Numbered from the stretch's first letter, positions 1 to 10,010 are shown. The stretch: DNA of 64,000 bases from an uncultured Mucispirillum sp. (GCA_944324495.1 CALUWN010000003.1:20204-84203), one strand, 5' to 3'. Numbers and translations are program-made. Notes: generated by a model from the sequence alone, not told the origin.

Positions 1-19
1 AAGCCTGAAAATTTTTCAT

Positions 20-778
20 CTATTTATCAAAATTAATGATTTTTAAAAAGTCTGCTGCTTTTAAGCTTGCCCCACCTATTAAGCCGCCGTCAACATCAGG
101 TTGAGCCATTAATTCTTTTGCGTTTTCAGGTTTCATAGAGCCGCCATATAAAATACGAATATTCTCTGCCTGCTCTTTACTGCGGATTTTACCGATATAT
201 TCTCTAATTGCTTTATGCATTGCTTCTGCATCAGCAGGAGAAGCAGTTTTACCTGTACCAATTGCCCATACAGGTTCATAAGCAATTACAACTTTTGATA
301 AATCAGCTACACCTTCAAGCCCTTTACCAGTTTGAGCAAGCACTGTTTCAACTTCTGTACCAGCTTCCCTTTCCCAAAGTGTTTCACCAACACATAGGAT
401 AACTGATAAACCTTCAGATAACGCTTTTTTAACTTTTTTATTTATAACTTCATCTGTTTCGCCAAAAATGCTTCTTCTTTCTGAGTGGCCTAGAATAACC
501 CACTCTGCACCAGCTGATTTTATCATATCACAAGATACTTCACCAGTAAAAGCACCACTTGTTTCAAAGTATACATTTTGTGCTGCAACAAATGCTTTGC
601 CACCATTTTTCTTTACTGCTTCACTAACAGCATAAATATTTGTAAAAGGTGGTGCAAATAATACATCTCTAGTGGAATAATCAATATCTGCGGCTGTAAT
701 CTCAGCTGCTAATGCTGCACCTTCTGCCACATTTTTGTTCATTTTCCAGTTACCTGCAATTAATGGTTTACGACTCAT
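20..778 (-). CDS. tpiA: triosephosphate isomerase
   Basis: TIM hallmarks: IAGNWKMN near the N-terminus, AYEPVWAIGTG catalytic loop, GGASL near the C-terminus. The Met at 778 is preceded by AGGAGG (complement of 786-791), so the 10 upstream codons of the track ORF are probably not translated. Confidence 0.93.
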   Translation of the reverse strand: MSRKPLIAGNWKMNKNVAEGAALAAEITAADIDYSTRDVLFAPPFTNIYAVSEAVKKNGGKAFVAAQNVYFETSGAFTGEVSCDMIKSAGAEWVILGHSERRSIFGETDEVINKKVKKALSEGLSVILCVGETLWEREAGTEVETVLAQTGKGLEGVADLSKVVIAYEPVWAIGTGKTASPADAEAMHKAIREYIGKIRSKEQAENIRILYGGSMKPENAKELMAQPDVDGGLIGGASLKAADFLKIINFDK

Positions 779-930
779 AATAAGCCTCCTCTTTAAAATA
801 ATAACCAACTATAATAAATAAACCACTACCATATTACATGAAGCAGCTATCTATACCAGCACAAGTATAAAATACGCCTTAACTATCTAAATACTTACTC
901 TTTAAATATACTTATATATAGATATATTAT

Positions 931-1317
931 CTACTTATCATCATCTTTTTTAGAAGTAAGTGGCTTATTTCTACCGTTATCCATTTCAAGTGTACCGTTC
1001 ATAACAACACCTTCTTCAATTTTAATAACAGGTGTCCTAATAGTACCAGAAATTACAGCAGGTTTATAAAGCTCAACTTTGTTTTTAGCCACAACTAAGC
1101 CATCAAATGTGCCAGATATTTTAACGATACCTGCTTCAATTTGAGCGTTTACATTACCACTTTCTGCGATAACAAGCGTATCATTACTTTTAACGTTACC
1201 TTCAAAATTACCATCTAACCTAACAACACCTTCAAATACAAGTGTACCGTTAAATGATGTATTTTGACCTAAAAATGCGTCTATGCCGCCGCCTGTTTCT
1301 TTTGCTACTTTCAGCAT
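931..1317 (-). CDS. bactofilin-family (DUF583) polymer-forming protein
   Basis: 128 aa made of repetitive beta-helix-like segments (GTLVFEGVVRLDGNFEGNV, AGIVKISGTFDGLVV, ISGTIRTPVIKIEEGVVMNGT) followed by a charged tail. The ATG overlaps the parB stop (ATGCTGA on the - strand). Confidence 0.7.
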   Translation of the reverse strand: MLKVAKETGGGIDAFLGQNTSFNGTLVFEGVVRLDGNFEGNVKSNDTLVIAESGNVNAQIEAGIVKISGTFDGLVVAKNKVELYKPAVISGTIRTPVIKIEEGVVMNGTLEMDNGRNKPLTSKKDDDK

Positions 1318-2183
1318 TGTTCCCCTCTAATTTTTTTTATAATAGTATCAAGCTCATCTTCAGAATTATACTTAATATTTATAACTCCGCCTTTTTTAGA
1401 AGGCTTAATATCCACTTTTGAATTAAAAAATGATTCCATTTCTTGAGCAAGCCCTAAAATATTAGCATCTACTGCTTTCTTCTCTTTTTTTACTTTTTTA
1501 CCTGTTAAAGATTTAATCATATTTTCCACATCTCTAACAGAAAGGTTTTTCTCTTTTACAGCATATGCAATAGATATAATCTTGCTTTCATCATCAAGAG
1601 ATAAAAGTGCCCTTGCATGACCTTCGCTAATATCTTTATTTTCTATTAATGTAAGCACTGTTTTTGGAAGATTTAAAAGCCTTAATCTGTTTGTAACAGC
1701 CGAACGGCTTTTACCAACTATAACACCTAAATCTTCATGTTTATAATTATGCTCATCCATTAATTTTTTATATGCAACTGCAAGCTCCACTGGGTTTAAA
1801 TCTTCCCTTTGAGCATTTGTAATTAATGCAAGCTCTAAACGCTCTTTTGCAGTATCAGTCTTCCTTAAAACAACTGGTATTGTTTTTTTACCTGCAAGGC
1901 CTGATGCTCGCCATCTGCGTTCACCCTCTATTATCATATATTTGCCATTATCAAGCTTTGTAACGATAATAGGCTGGATAACACCTTTTATTTTAATGCT
2001 TTCTGCTAATTCCTGTAATAAAGCCTCATCAAATATTCTTCTAGGCTGGTTATCGTTTGGCACAATCTCTGTTAGAGCAAGCTCAAAATAATTAGACGTA
2101 ACTACACCAGAATGTTTTGCCTGTGCTTCCTCACTGCTGCGTGGGATTAATGAGTCTAACCCTCTGCCTAATGGCTTCTTCAT
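1311..2183 (-). CDS. parB: chromosome partitioning protein ParB/Spo0J
   Basis: ParB box motifs (GVIQPIIV, IIEGERRWRA), a central HTH region, and position directly downstream of parA. Confidence 0.92.
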   Translation of the reverse strand: MKKPLGRGLDSLIPRSSEEAQAKHSGVVTSNYFELALTEIVPNDNQPRRIFDEALLQELAESIKIKGVIQPIIVTKLDNGKYMIIEGERRWRASGLAGKKTIPVVLRKTDTAKERLELALITNAQREDLNPVELAVAYKKLMDEHNYKHEDLGVIVGKSRSAVTNRLRLLNLPKTVLTLIENKDISEGHARALLSLDDESKIISIAYAVKEKNLSVRDVENMIKSLTGKKVKKEKKAVDANILGLAQEMESFFNSKVDIKPSKKGGVINIKYNSEDELDTIIKKIRGEQC

Positions 2184-2191
2184 AAGATTTC

Positions 2192-2974
2192 CTACCCCTG
2201 TGCCTGATTTCTTGTTTTTTCAAGCATCTCTTTTGCAAGCTCTATATAACATTCTGAGCCTTTAGATTTTGCCTGATATAATATAATTGGCTTGCCATAG
2301 CTTGGTGCTTCACTTAAAGCAACAGCACGCGGCACAATAGTATTAAATGTATTATCTGGAAAATGGGCTTTCACTTGAGCAACCACTTCTTTTGCTAAGT
2401 TGTTCCTTGCATCATACATTGTTAATAATATACCTTCTAAAGCAAGCTCTGGATTTAAACTTTCTTTAATTAAATTTATAGTGCCTAAAAGCTGTTTTAA
2501 GCCTTCCATAGCATAATATTCGCACTGCATAGGTATAAGCACCGTATCAGCTGCTGTTAATGCGTTTACTGTTAAAAGCCCTAATGATGGAGGGCAGTCT
2601 ATAAATATATAATCATAGCTTTCTTTTAAAGAAGCTATACTTCTTTTTAGTTTGGTTTCCCTTGAAATCTCTTGTATAAGCTCCACTTCAGCAGCAGAAA
2701 GCTCTATACGGGCAGGGATAATATCAAGCCCATCTATTTCTGTATGATGAAGCGCCTCACGAGCTGGCACATCATTCACTAATACATCGTATATATCATG
2801 ACCTATACTTTCTTCACTAATACCAAGACCGCTGCTAGAGTTACCCTGTGGGTCAAAATCTATTAATAATACTCTTGCCTCAGCTACAGCTAATGATGCA
2901 GATAAGTTTACTGCTGTGGTAGTTTTACCCACTCCACCTTTCTGGTTTGCAACAGCTATAACTCTACATTCCAT
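2192..2974 (-). CDS. parA: chromosome partitioning ATPase ParA/Soj
   Basis: Deviant Walker A NQKGGVGKTTT with ParA-family similarity across the full length. GGAGG lies about 11 nt upstream of the Met at 2974. The track ORF start at 2992 has no SD. Confidence 0.92.
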   Translation of the reverse strand: MECRVIAVANQKGGVGKTTTAVNLSASLAVAEARVLLIDFDPQGNSSSGLGISEESIGHDIYDVLVNDVPAREALHHTEIDGLDIIPARIELSAAEVELIQEISRETKLKRSIASLKESYDYIFIDCPPSLGLLTVNALTAADTVLIPMQCEYYAMEGLKQLLGTINLIKESLNPELALEGILLTMYDARNNLAKEVVAQVKAHFPDNTFNTIVPRAVALSEAPSYGKPIILYQAKSKGSECYIELAKEMLEKTRNQAQG

Positions 2975-3115
2975 CTGTAATGATGCCTCCATACTATATG
3001 CTAATAAAATTATGCATAGGATTATACCTTAAAAAATTGCAATAGTCCACAATTTATATCATTATATTAATAAGCTTGCAAGAAATACTTTCAAATTTAT
3101 ACATTTTTTTCATTT

Positions 3116-4453
3116 TTATTCATCTGTGTATATAGCATAACCATTTCTTCCCTCTGATTTTACTTTATAAAGCATTTCATCTGCCTTTTCATATATTTCT
3201 TCAAATTTCTTTTCATTATGGATTTGGGCTATACCAATACTGCATGTCACTTTCATATTTTCAAGAGGAATATTTAATAAATCTTCCTGAAAATTTTTAA
3301 CAGTATCAATTAAATTTTGTCTTGAAATTGAGTTTGTTATAAATACAGCAAACTCATCTCCTCCAAAACGTGCCACATAACCTAATTTTATAAAATATTT
3401 CTCTAAATATGCGGCAACACTAACTATAACCCTGTCCCCTGTAATGTGTCCAAACGTATCATTTATATTTTTAAACCTGTCTATATCTATTATCATAAAA
3501 TAAGCATTATCTGCATTCTGCAATAATAGTTTACCATACTGCAATGCTGCTGCCTTGGTATGTAAACCTGTCATTAAATCTTTGTCAGAATTATATATTT
3601 TATAAACAGAATACACTCTGTAAGCTATTACAAGCATACTTATCATATAGCTTATGGCAATACAGCCTACAATAAATTGACCAGTAGAGTTTAGATAAAC
3701 TATATATGTTTCCCTGTCTAATACTATGTTTTGCATACGTATTGCATCGCTTACTGCATCTTTTAAGTGATACATTAGCATTAAATTTGTAAGCAAAACT
3801 ATTAAACCTACCCCAAAACCTTCCAGCTTAAAACGGCTTGTGTAGTATGCGTTGCCACCGTCACTTATAATCTGCTCAAATTCTTTATAACGTTTTGAAA
3901 TGCTTATTCTGTATAAGGAGTACATTACAATACATAATAATACAGCCTGTAAAAGCTCCCGCAGGGAAAATATATCTTTTAGTATAAAATTAATATCTAT
4001 GTTTGTTTCTGGGAAAAGGTATGATGCGGTACTTAAAACTAAAACAGAATGAAAAAGCTGCAAAAAAACTGAAAATATTAATAGAAGATGCACTTTGTAT
4101 ACTTGTATTTTTTTAACAGCACTAAAAACAAGCCCTGCTGCCATACCAAAAAATATGCGTGTACCAGTACTTAATATTAAACTTTCAACTACATGCCCAC
4201 TTGTAAATGGTGAAAAAAGTGCATCAAACTCATCACCTGCAATAGATGCTTTCCATATGCTTGTAAGCCCAAATATAAAACCTAAAAACCCGCCTGCAAA
4301 TACACCATGAAAATATGCTGCTAGTATTACAGGTATATACATAAGTGTAACATACGGAATAATATAGCCCAGCCCAGAAAAAGCAAGCACCAGTTCAAAA
4401 GCAGTAATTAGTGCTAATTTTTTACCAGTTAAATTTACAGATTGATTATACAT
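3116..4453 (-). CDS. membrane-anchored diguanylate cyclase (GGDEF domain)
   Basis: About 270 aa of hydrophobic multi-TM N-terminus, then a GGDEF domain with the RFGGDEFAV active-site motif and a typical C-terminal SEGRNGY. Confidence 0.85.
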   Translation of the reverse strand: MYNQSVNLTGKKLALITAFELVLAFSGLGYIIPYVTLMYIPVILAAYFHGVFAGGFLGFIFGLTSIWKASIAGDEFDALFSPFTSGHVVESLILSTGTRIFFGMAAGLVFSAVKKIQVYKVHLLLIFSVFLQLFHSVLVLSTASYLFPETNIDINFILKDIFSLRELLQAVLLCIVMYSLYRISISKRYKEFEQIISDGGNAYYTSRFKLEGFGVGLIVLLTNLMLMYHLKDAVSDAIRMQNIVLDRETYIVYLNSTGQFIVGCIAISYMISMLVIAYRVYSVYKIYNSDKDLMTGLHTKAAALQYGKLLLQNADNAYFMIIDIDRFKNINDTFGHITGDRVIVSVAAYLEKYFIKLGYVARFGGDEFAVFITNSISRQNLIDTVKNFQEDLLNIPLENMKVTCSIGIAQIHNEKKFEEIYEKADEMLYKVKSEGRNGYAIYTDE

Positions 4454-4596
4454 TTTCTACTCTCCCCATTACATATACTAAAAAATTTGCTATTCTAATG
4501 CAATAATTTTTGATTAATTTTTAAAAAATTATATTTTTATGTTTATTTTTAAAAAAATTTATTATAAAAAGAATTTTATTGATTTATTTGTAACAG

Positions 4597-6114
4597 GTGA
4601 TTTATATGAAGATTTCTTGCAGAAAAAAAATCGCAGTTGATTCAAAAAAAGATGCTGTAATTATCCCGGTATATAAAAATATACGCTCTTTAAGAACTAT
4701 TACTGGTAAAAAGATTGATGATGAATTACAAAATATTATTCAGTCAGATTATTTTAATTTTGATGAAAAAGAATCTAAAAGCTTTTATATAGATGTTAAT
4801 AAAAAACTTAAGAAAATATACATAATTCACGTGCCAAAAGAAAAAGGTGAAGCACGCTTTTATATGGAGCTTGGTGCAAAAACAGCATCAATTTTTAAAA
4901 AAGATAAAATTTATTCGTTCTCACTTATTTCTTTTGAAGATATATATAATGAGAAAAAAGATTTATATATTACTAAAGCTTTCTTGGAAGGGTTTATGTT
5001 TAATGATTATACTTTTGATAAGTATAAATCAAAAAAATCACCAGAGCATAATTTTGAAGCTGAAGTGATTACAGCTATGCCAAAACTTAAAAAATATATT
5101 GATGATAATGCAGATAACTGGAACGCTGTATTTGATAACATTAATATTATGAAAGATTTAGTTAATACTCCAGCAAACTATTTAAAACCTTATGATTTTG
5201 CTGAGTTTGTAAAAAATAACCTGCCAAAAAATATTGACCTTACTATTTGGGATGAAAAAGAAATATTAAATAATAATATGAACCTGCTTCATGCCGTTGG
5301 AAAGGGCAGTGTTAATAAACCATATTTTTTAAAACTTACATATAATGGTAATAAAGAAAGCTCTAATAATATTGCTTTAATTGGTAAAGGTATCACTTTT
5401 GACAGCGGCGGCTATTCTTTAAAACCAGCTGCCAGCATGGCTCATATGAAAGATGATATGGCAGGGGCTGCTTTAATGTATGCTCTTACTAAGCTTATTG
5501 CAGAGCTTAATTTAAAAATCAATATTAATACATATATTCCACTGGCAGAAAATTTAATCGGCTCAAACTCTCTTTTTGTTGGTGATGTAATCACTTCTGC
5601 CAGCTCAAAAACTGTGGAAATTTTAAACACTGATGCTGAAGGCAGGCTGATTATGGCTGATGCTTTATACCTTGCCACAAAAACTGACCCAGAGATTATA
5701 ATTGATGCTGCCACTTTAACTGGTGCCTGCGTTGTTGCTTTAGGGCCATATTGTGCAGGTATTTTTTCAAACAGGAAATTTTTAAGCAAACAGATTAGTG
5801 ATATATCATACGAAGTGGCAGAAGATGTGTGGGAACTGCCATTATATGCTGATTATGAACAGGGTATTACAAGTACAGTTGCAGATTTTACTAATATGAG
5901 TACTTTTGCAAGGGAAGGCGGTGCAATTCATGCAGCACTTTTCCTAAAGCAGTTTATTGATAACTACCCATGGCTTCATATTGATATGGCAGGCCCTGCT
6001 TATATGGAAAAAAATCACCCAATATTTGGTAAAGAAGCTACAGGCTTTGGGCTTAGGTTACTTTTTCACTTCCTTAATACTCACTATACTGAGGGTGTAA
6101 ATGAAAGATATTAG
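4597..6114 (+). CDS. pepA: leucyl aminopeptidase, M17 family
   Basis: M17 signature NTDAEGRL, MKDDMAGAA and GKGITFDSGG motifs. The start could be GTG 4597 or ATG 4606. Confidence 0.9.
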   Translation: MIYMKISCRKKIAVDSKKDAVIIPVYKNIRSLRTITGKKIDDELQNIIQSDYFNFDEKESKSFYIDVNKKLKKIYIIHVPKEKGEARFYMELGAKTASIFKKDKIYSFSLISFEDIYNEKKDLYITKAFLEGFMFNDYTFDKYKSKKSPEHNFEAEVITAMPKLKKYIDDNADNWNAVFDNINIMKDLVNTPANYLKPYDFAEFVKNNLPKNIDLTIWDEKEILNNNMNLLHAVGKGSVNKPYFLKLTYNGNKESSNNIALIGKGITFDSGGYSLKPAASMAHMKDDMAGAALMYALTKLIAELNLKININTYIPLAENLIGSNSLFVGDVITSASSKTVEILNTDAEGRLIMADALYLATKTDPEIIIDAATLTGACVVALGPYCAGIFSNRKFLSKQISDISYEVAEDVWELPLYADYEQGITSTVADFTNMSTFAREGGAIHAALFLKQFIDNYPWLHIDMAGPAYMEKNHPIFGKEATGFGLRLLFHFLNTHYTEGVNERY

Positions 6115-8218
6115 AAAAGCGGTGGCTGAAAATAAATTTTGTAAAAATATTGCTGATTTATATACTAAATATACAAGCTATATTAATTTTCCTACAAAAC
6201 ATTCTAAGTGGGTGCTTGTTATATATATTATTGTTGCTTTAACTGCTTTTGCCATATCTGTAAACGGCAGGTACAGCCAGCTAGATGCATGGAAAAGCGA
6301 AAAAGCTTATTTTTTCTATAACGATACACCTATGATGACTACTTTAGATGCTTATAAGTATATACGCCATGCTAAAGAGATTAATAATAATGAGTATGTG
6401 CCCGGTGGCAATGATGTTAAAATATTCTACCCAGAAGGTGTGCCATTTTACGACCCAACACCGCTTTTAAGCACAATACTTGCAAAACTTCATAATATTA
6501 CAGGCTATGATTATTATAATATTGCCATAAATATGGTACCGTGGCTTTCAAGTATATTTATACTTGTGCTTTGTGCCTATTTCTATATTGCAGGCTACCC
6601 TGCTATTGGTGCATTAGCTGGGCTTTTAACAAGTTTTTCCATTGGTTATATGGTTCGCTCATCTATTGGCAGGTTTGATACAGACGGCGGTAATTTATTC
6701 TTTCTTTTTACTGCCTCTCTTTTTATCTATCTTGCATCAATTGCTAAAAAAGAATATGTTACATACATCTTTTCTGCTCTTTTAGGGCTTACTATTTTAG
6801 GGTTTGCATTTTTCTATAACCACATACTTTTTAACCTTGTGTTTTTTATTGTGTTTATAGTTTCGCTTTTTATTTCTAATAAAAGCTATAAAAGTATATT
6901 AATCGCTTCTCTAATTTATATTATAACTTCAAACCCTGTATATTTTGCTTCATCTGTTACATCATTAATTGGCTCTATGTCTGTTTATATACCGTTTCTG
7001 CCAAATAATTTTGAAGCAACATCTCCTGTACCGTGGGTTTATAATACAATAAGCGAAGCAGCAGCAGAACCATTTAGTGGTATTGTTAGATTTACTACTC
7101 AAAACCCTGTTACTTTTATTATAGGGCTTTTAGCTGGTATATTATTTTTAATCAGCAATATTAGAAAATCTGTTGCTTTACTGCCTGTATTTGCTATGGG
7201 GCTAATGGTATTTGTAAGCTCTGGCAGGTTTGCTATGTTTTTGATGCCATTTATTGCCATAGGCTATGGATATCTTTTATATATTATATCTCACTATCTT
7301 ATTGAAAAGTTTGGTAATAACCTAGAACACAGGCTGGAATTTACAAAAGCAATGCTGCCACTTGTGCTTGTATTTTTTGTATTAAGCATTAGTTTTGGCT
7401 CAAATCATACTGCTTATGGGTTTGTGCCTGCACCGTCTATTAATACCACAATTTATAAAGATATTGCAGAACTTAAAAATAAACTGCCTGAAAATTCTAC
7501 CATATATACATGGTGGGATTATGGGCTTGCTATTGCTGATGTTACAGGGTTTCCTGTGTATCACAGTGGTATGAGCCAGTCTACACCAAAAACATGGATG
7601 ATAGCAAAAAGCTTTACTTCAGACCAGCAGACTTTTTATAACATTGCTTCATTTACCCAGCACGGTGGCTATACTGAAATTATGAAACTTTTTGAAGATA
7701 ATAAAACAATTACCCATGCAGAAAATTTAATGACAAGCTATTCTAATGGCCCAGATAATGACAGTAATTATGTGTTATTCACATTTGATATGGTTGAAAA
7801 ATACAGTGCTTTAGCATATCTTTCTCAAAAAGAAGATATGATTTTAACTTTTCAATGTATTCCAACTAATGTAGATACTGTGTTTGCTTGTAATGATAAT
7901 AAAATGTTTTTTGATACAAATACAGGCACAATTTCACCGGGTGCTAATGCTTCTGCTGAAAATATAATACAGCTTTCTACAGTTATATATACCATAAATG
8001 GCTACAAACAGTATGAAAAATCATATACAGCTACACCATTTTCTGCTGTATTTGAGCATAACTTTAATGGGTTAGCAGTGCTTTATATTATGCCGCCTGA
8101 TGTTTTAAGAACATCATTTAGCGAACTTTTCCTTCAGGGAAATTATGATGACAAACTTTTTACCCCAGTTTATGATAACTATCCATATTCAAGAGTTTAT
8201 AAAATAAATAAAAAATAA
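6101..8218 (+). CDS. pglB: PglB/STT3-family oligosaccharyltransferase
   Basis: 705 aa with a multi-TM N-terminal half and a soluble C-terminal half. It carries the WWDYG hallmark (IYTWWDYGLA), an LDAY acidic motif in the first loop, FDTDGG (DxD-like) and NTISEA (TIxE-like). Overlaps the pepA end by 14 nt. Confidence 0.8.
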   Translation: MKDIRKAVAENKFCKNIADLYTKYTSYINFPTKHSKWVLVIYIIVALTAFAISVNGRYSQLDAWKSEKAYFFYNDTPMMTTLDAYKYIRHAKEINNNEYVPGGNDVKIFYPEGVPFYDPTPLLSTILAKLHNITGYDYYNIAINMVPWLSSIFILVLCAYFYIAGYPAIGALAGLLTSFSIGYMVRSSIGRFDTDGGNLFFLFTASLFIYLASIAKKEYVTYIFSALLGLTILGFAFFYNHILFNLVFFIVFIVSLFISNKSYKSILIASLIYIITSNPVYFASSVTSLIGSMSVYIPFLPNNFEATSPVPWVYNTISEAAAEPFSGIVRFTTQNPVTFIIGLLAGILFLISNIRKSVALLPVFAMGLMVFVSSGRFAMFLMPFIAIGYGYLLYIISHYLIEKFGNNLEHRLEFTKAMLPLVLVFFVLSISFGSNHTAYGFVPAPSINTTIYKDIAELKNKLPENSTIYTWWDYGLAIADVTGFPVYHSGMSQSTPKTWMIAKSFTSDQQTFYNIASFTQHGGYTEIMKLFEDNKTITHAENLMTSYSNGPDNDSNYVLFTFDMVEKYSALAYLSQKEDMILTFQCIPTNVDTVFACNDNKMFFDTNTGTISPGANASAENIIQLSTVIYTINGYKQYEKSYTATPFSAVFEHNFNGLAVLYIMPPDVLRTSFSELFLQGNYDDKLFTPVYDNYPYSRVYKINKK

Positions 8219-8227
8219 TTTTCTTTT

Positions 8228-8259
8228 AAGGAAGTAATCTTTTGGTTGCTTCCTTTTTT
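8228..8259 (+). terminator. rho-independent terminator after pglB
   Basis: Stem of 10 bp, AAGGAAGTAA (8228-8237) pairing with TTGCTTCCTT (8246-8255) including one G-U pair, followed by a T-run. Confidence 0.6.
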
Positions 8260-8331
8260 AACAATATATATTATTTAATACTATTTTTAATACTATTTAA
8301 GAGAATGTAAAAATATAGCTGATGTTTATAG

Positions 8332-8360
8332 TTGACCCTGTAAGCAAAATATTATAGTAT
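8332..8360 (+). promoter_or_regulatory. possible sigma70-like promoter for the 8425 gene
   Basis: TTGACC (8332-8337), 17 nt spacer, TAGTAT (8355-8360). Pattern match only. Confidence 0.3.
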
Positions 8361-8424
8361 ATGTGGGGTAGACACAAATTTTATGATGATTTAATCTTTT
8401 TATTTGTTATTAAATGGAGCTAAT

Positions 8425-9618
8425 ATGAAATATAAAATAATATCAGCACTGCTTTTTACTGTAATATTTGCAGAAGCATTATATGCTGAGACAATTAATT
8501 TTGGTAACTCATTTTTTAATAAGGACAGAGCAAATACAATAAGCAAAATCATTGTAATTACGAATAATGAAGATACTGCTTTGGAATATAATATTTCTTT
8601 CACATCTCATCCTTCTATGCAGACAAGCGATATAAAAACTGCACCTTTAACAGATGAGGTATATGATGCTGAATCTAAAGAATTTTTTTCAAGTATTACA
8701 AAAGATTCATGTATTCAGCATTATGGTGAAACTATTTTTAGTCTAAATGCTGGGCAAAAATGCAGGCTTCATATTACTTTTTCACCTACAGAAGTAAAAG
8801 AATATAATGAAGAAATGGTTATCACTTCGCATGTTAGTAATTCTACTCATATATTAAACTCTACAAAATATGAAATAAGGGGTAAAGGTATCCATATGCC
8901 TGATTTTACGGTTATTTATTATACTGATAGAAGCGGCGAAAATATGGATAATAAACGTGCAGAATATTCTATAAAATGGAACAGTGAAACTGCTGGTGTT
9001 AAAAGCGATGAATATGCCTATATTAAAATATTATCAAGGAAAAGAGAAAAATTACCTCTTACATATACATTAGAAGGCTCAGATGCTTTTGCAATAGATA
9101 CTAAATTAAGTACCTGCAAAATAAAAGATAATACTATTACAGAGCCAGAAACTGAACCATGTGGCTTAGTTATAAGCTTTAGACCAAATGTGGCAGGTGA
9201 TTTTGCTGCAAAATTAGTATTTAATAAACGTATATTATCTGGTGCTAAAGAATATTTATTATATGGCTCTGCTTCTGATATGCTTGATTTTGGCACTGTA
9301 TATTTTGGTGGCAATGTACAAAAAATTCTTGTACAAAATACTACAGATAATGACCAACGGTATTCTATACTTTCAGAAAGCAAAGATAATAATTTTAGGC
9401 TTGTAGTATTGCAGGAAGGCGAAATTCCGTCATGCATAAAAAATGGATTTGAAACAAATTTTGAATTGAAAAAAGCATCATCATGTTATCTTGGGTTTAC
9501 TTTTGCCCCAGATAGAAACGATGAATTTTATAAAAAAGTTATTATAATGAGTAACAGCGGTGAAAGACGCGAAGTAACCCTTAGAGGTAAAGGTGTAGAA
9601 AAATTACAGGAAAACTAA
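8425..9618 (+). CDS. secreted protein with three Ig-like (ASH / choice-of-anchor-D-like) repeats
   Basis: Signal peptide MKYKIISALLFTVIFAEALYA. Three related modules end in C-x-L-x-I-x-F-x-P...G-K-G-type segments: CRLHITFSPTEVKEYNEEMVITS...RGKG, CGLVISFRPNVAGDFAAKLVF, CYLGFTFAPDRNDEFYKKVIIMS...LRGKG. GGAG lies 6 nt upstream of ATG 8425. Confidence 0.55.
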   Translation: MKYKIISALLFTVIFAEALYAETINFGNSFFNKDRANTISKIIVITNNEDTALEYNISFTSHPSMQTSDIKTAPLTDEVYDAESKEFFSSITKDSCIQHYGETIFSLNAGQKCRLHITFSPTEVKEYNEEMVITSHVSNSTHILNSTKYEIRGKGIHMPDFTVIYYTDRSGENMDNKRAEYSIKWNSETAGVKSDEYAYIKILSRKREKLPLTYTLEGSDAFAIDTKLSTCKIKDNTITEPETEPCGLVISFRPNVAGDFAAKLVFNKRILSGAKEYLLYGSASDMLDFGTVYFGGNVQKILVQNTTDNDQRYSILSESKDNNFRLVVLQEGEIPSCIKNGFETNFELKKASSCYLGFTFAPDRNDEFYKKVIIMSNSGERREVTLRGKGVEKLQEN

Positions 9619-9627
9619 AATTTTTAC

Positions 9628-9656
9628 TTGACAGCCTAGTTTTTTTGGTTTAGTTT
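9628..9656 (+). promoter_or_regulatory. possible promoter of the rplU-rpmA operon
   Basis: TTGACA (9628-9633), 17 nt spacer, weak -10 TAGTTT (9651-9656). Confidence 0.3.
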
Positions 9657-9689
9657 ATCTTTCCTTTTAATAATAGGTGGAGGTTCTGC

Positions 9690-10001
9690 ATGTTCGCAGT
9701 AATTAAAACTGGTGGTAAACAATACACCGTAAAAGAAGGCGATACTTTCAATGTTGAAAAAATTGATGCTGAAAAAGACGCCACATACAAATTTGAAGAA
9801 GTTCTTTTTATTTCAGGTGAAAACAAGCAAACTGCAGGTTCGCCTTTTGTTAAAGGAGCTTCTGTAGAAGTTAAAGTGCTTGAGCACGGCAAAGCTGACC
9901 GCGTTTATATTTTTAAAAAGAAAAGAAGAAAAGACTATCGTAAACGCCAAGGTCACAGACAAATGTTTACTAAAGTTCAAGTTGTTAAAATTAATGCATA
10001 G
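9690..10001 (+). CDS. rplU: 50S ribosomal protein L21
   Basis: MFAVIKTGGKQYTVKEGD N-terminus typical of L21. GGTGGAGG SD upstream. Confidence 0.95.
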   Translation: MFAVIKTGGKQYTVKEGDTFNVEKIDAEKDATYKFEEVLFISGENKQTAGSPFVKGASVEVKVLEHGKADRVYIFKKKRRKDYRKRQGHRQMFTKVQVVKINA

Positions 10002-10010
10002 GAGATAACC

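Noticed and set aside
208-402. 64-aa + strand track ORF inside tpiA (Gln/Leu-rich)
   Set aside because: It is antisense to a strongly supported tpiA, has low-complexity composition and no SD. It is a shadow ORF.
4095-4310. 71-aa + strand ORF inside the diguanylate cyclase gene
   Set aside because: It is antisense to the membrane domain of a well-supported GGDEF protein. It is a shadow ORF.
4823-4838. CACGTG-centred sequence in pepA as a third parS
   Set aside because: Only the central CACGTG matches. The flanks (TAATT/CCAAA) do not match TGTTT/AAACA.
4847-5789. Track ORFs 4847-5068 (+) and 5442-5789 (-) inside pepA
   Set aside because: Both are alternative-frame or antisense ORFs within a gene carrying full-length M17 motifs. 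Neither has independent support.
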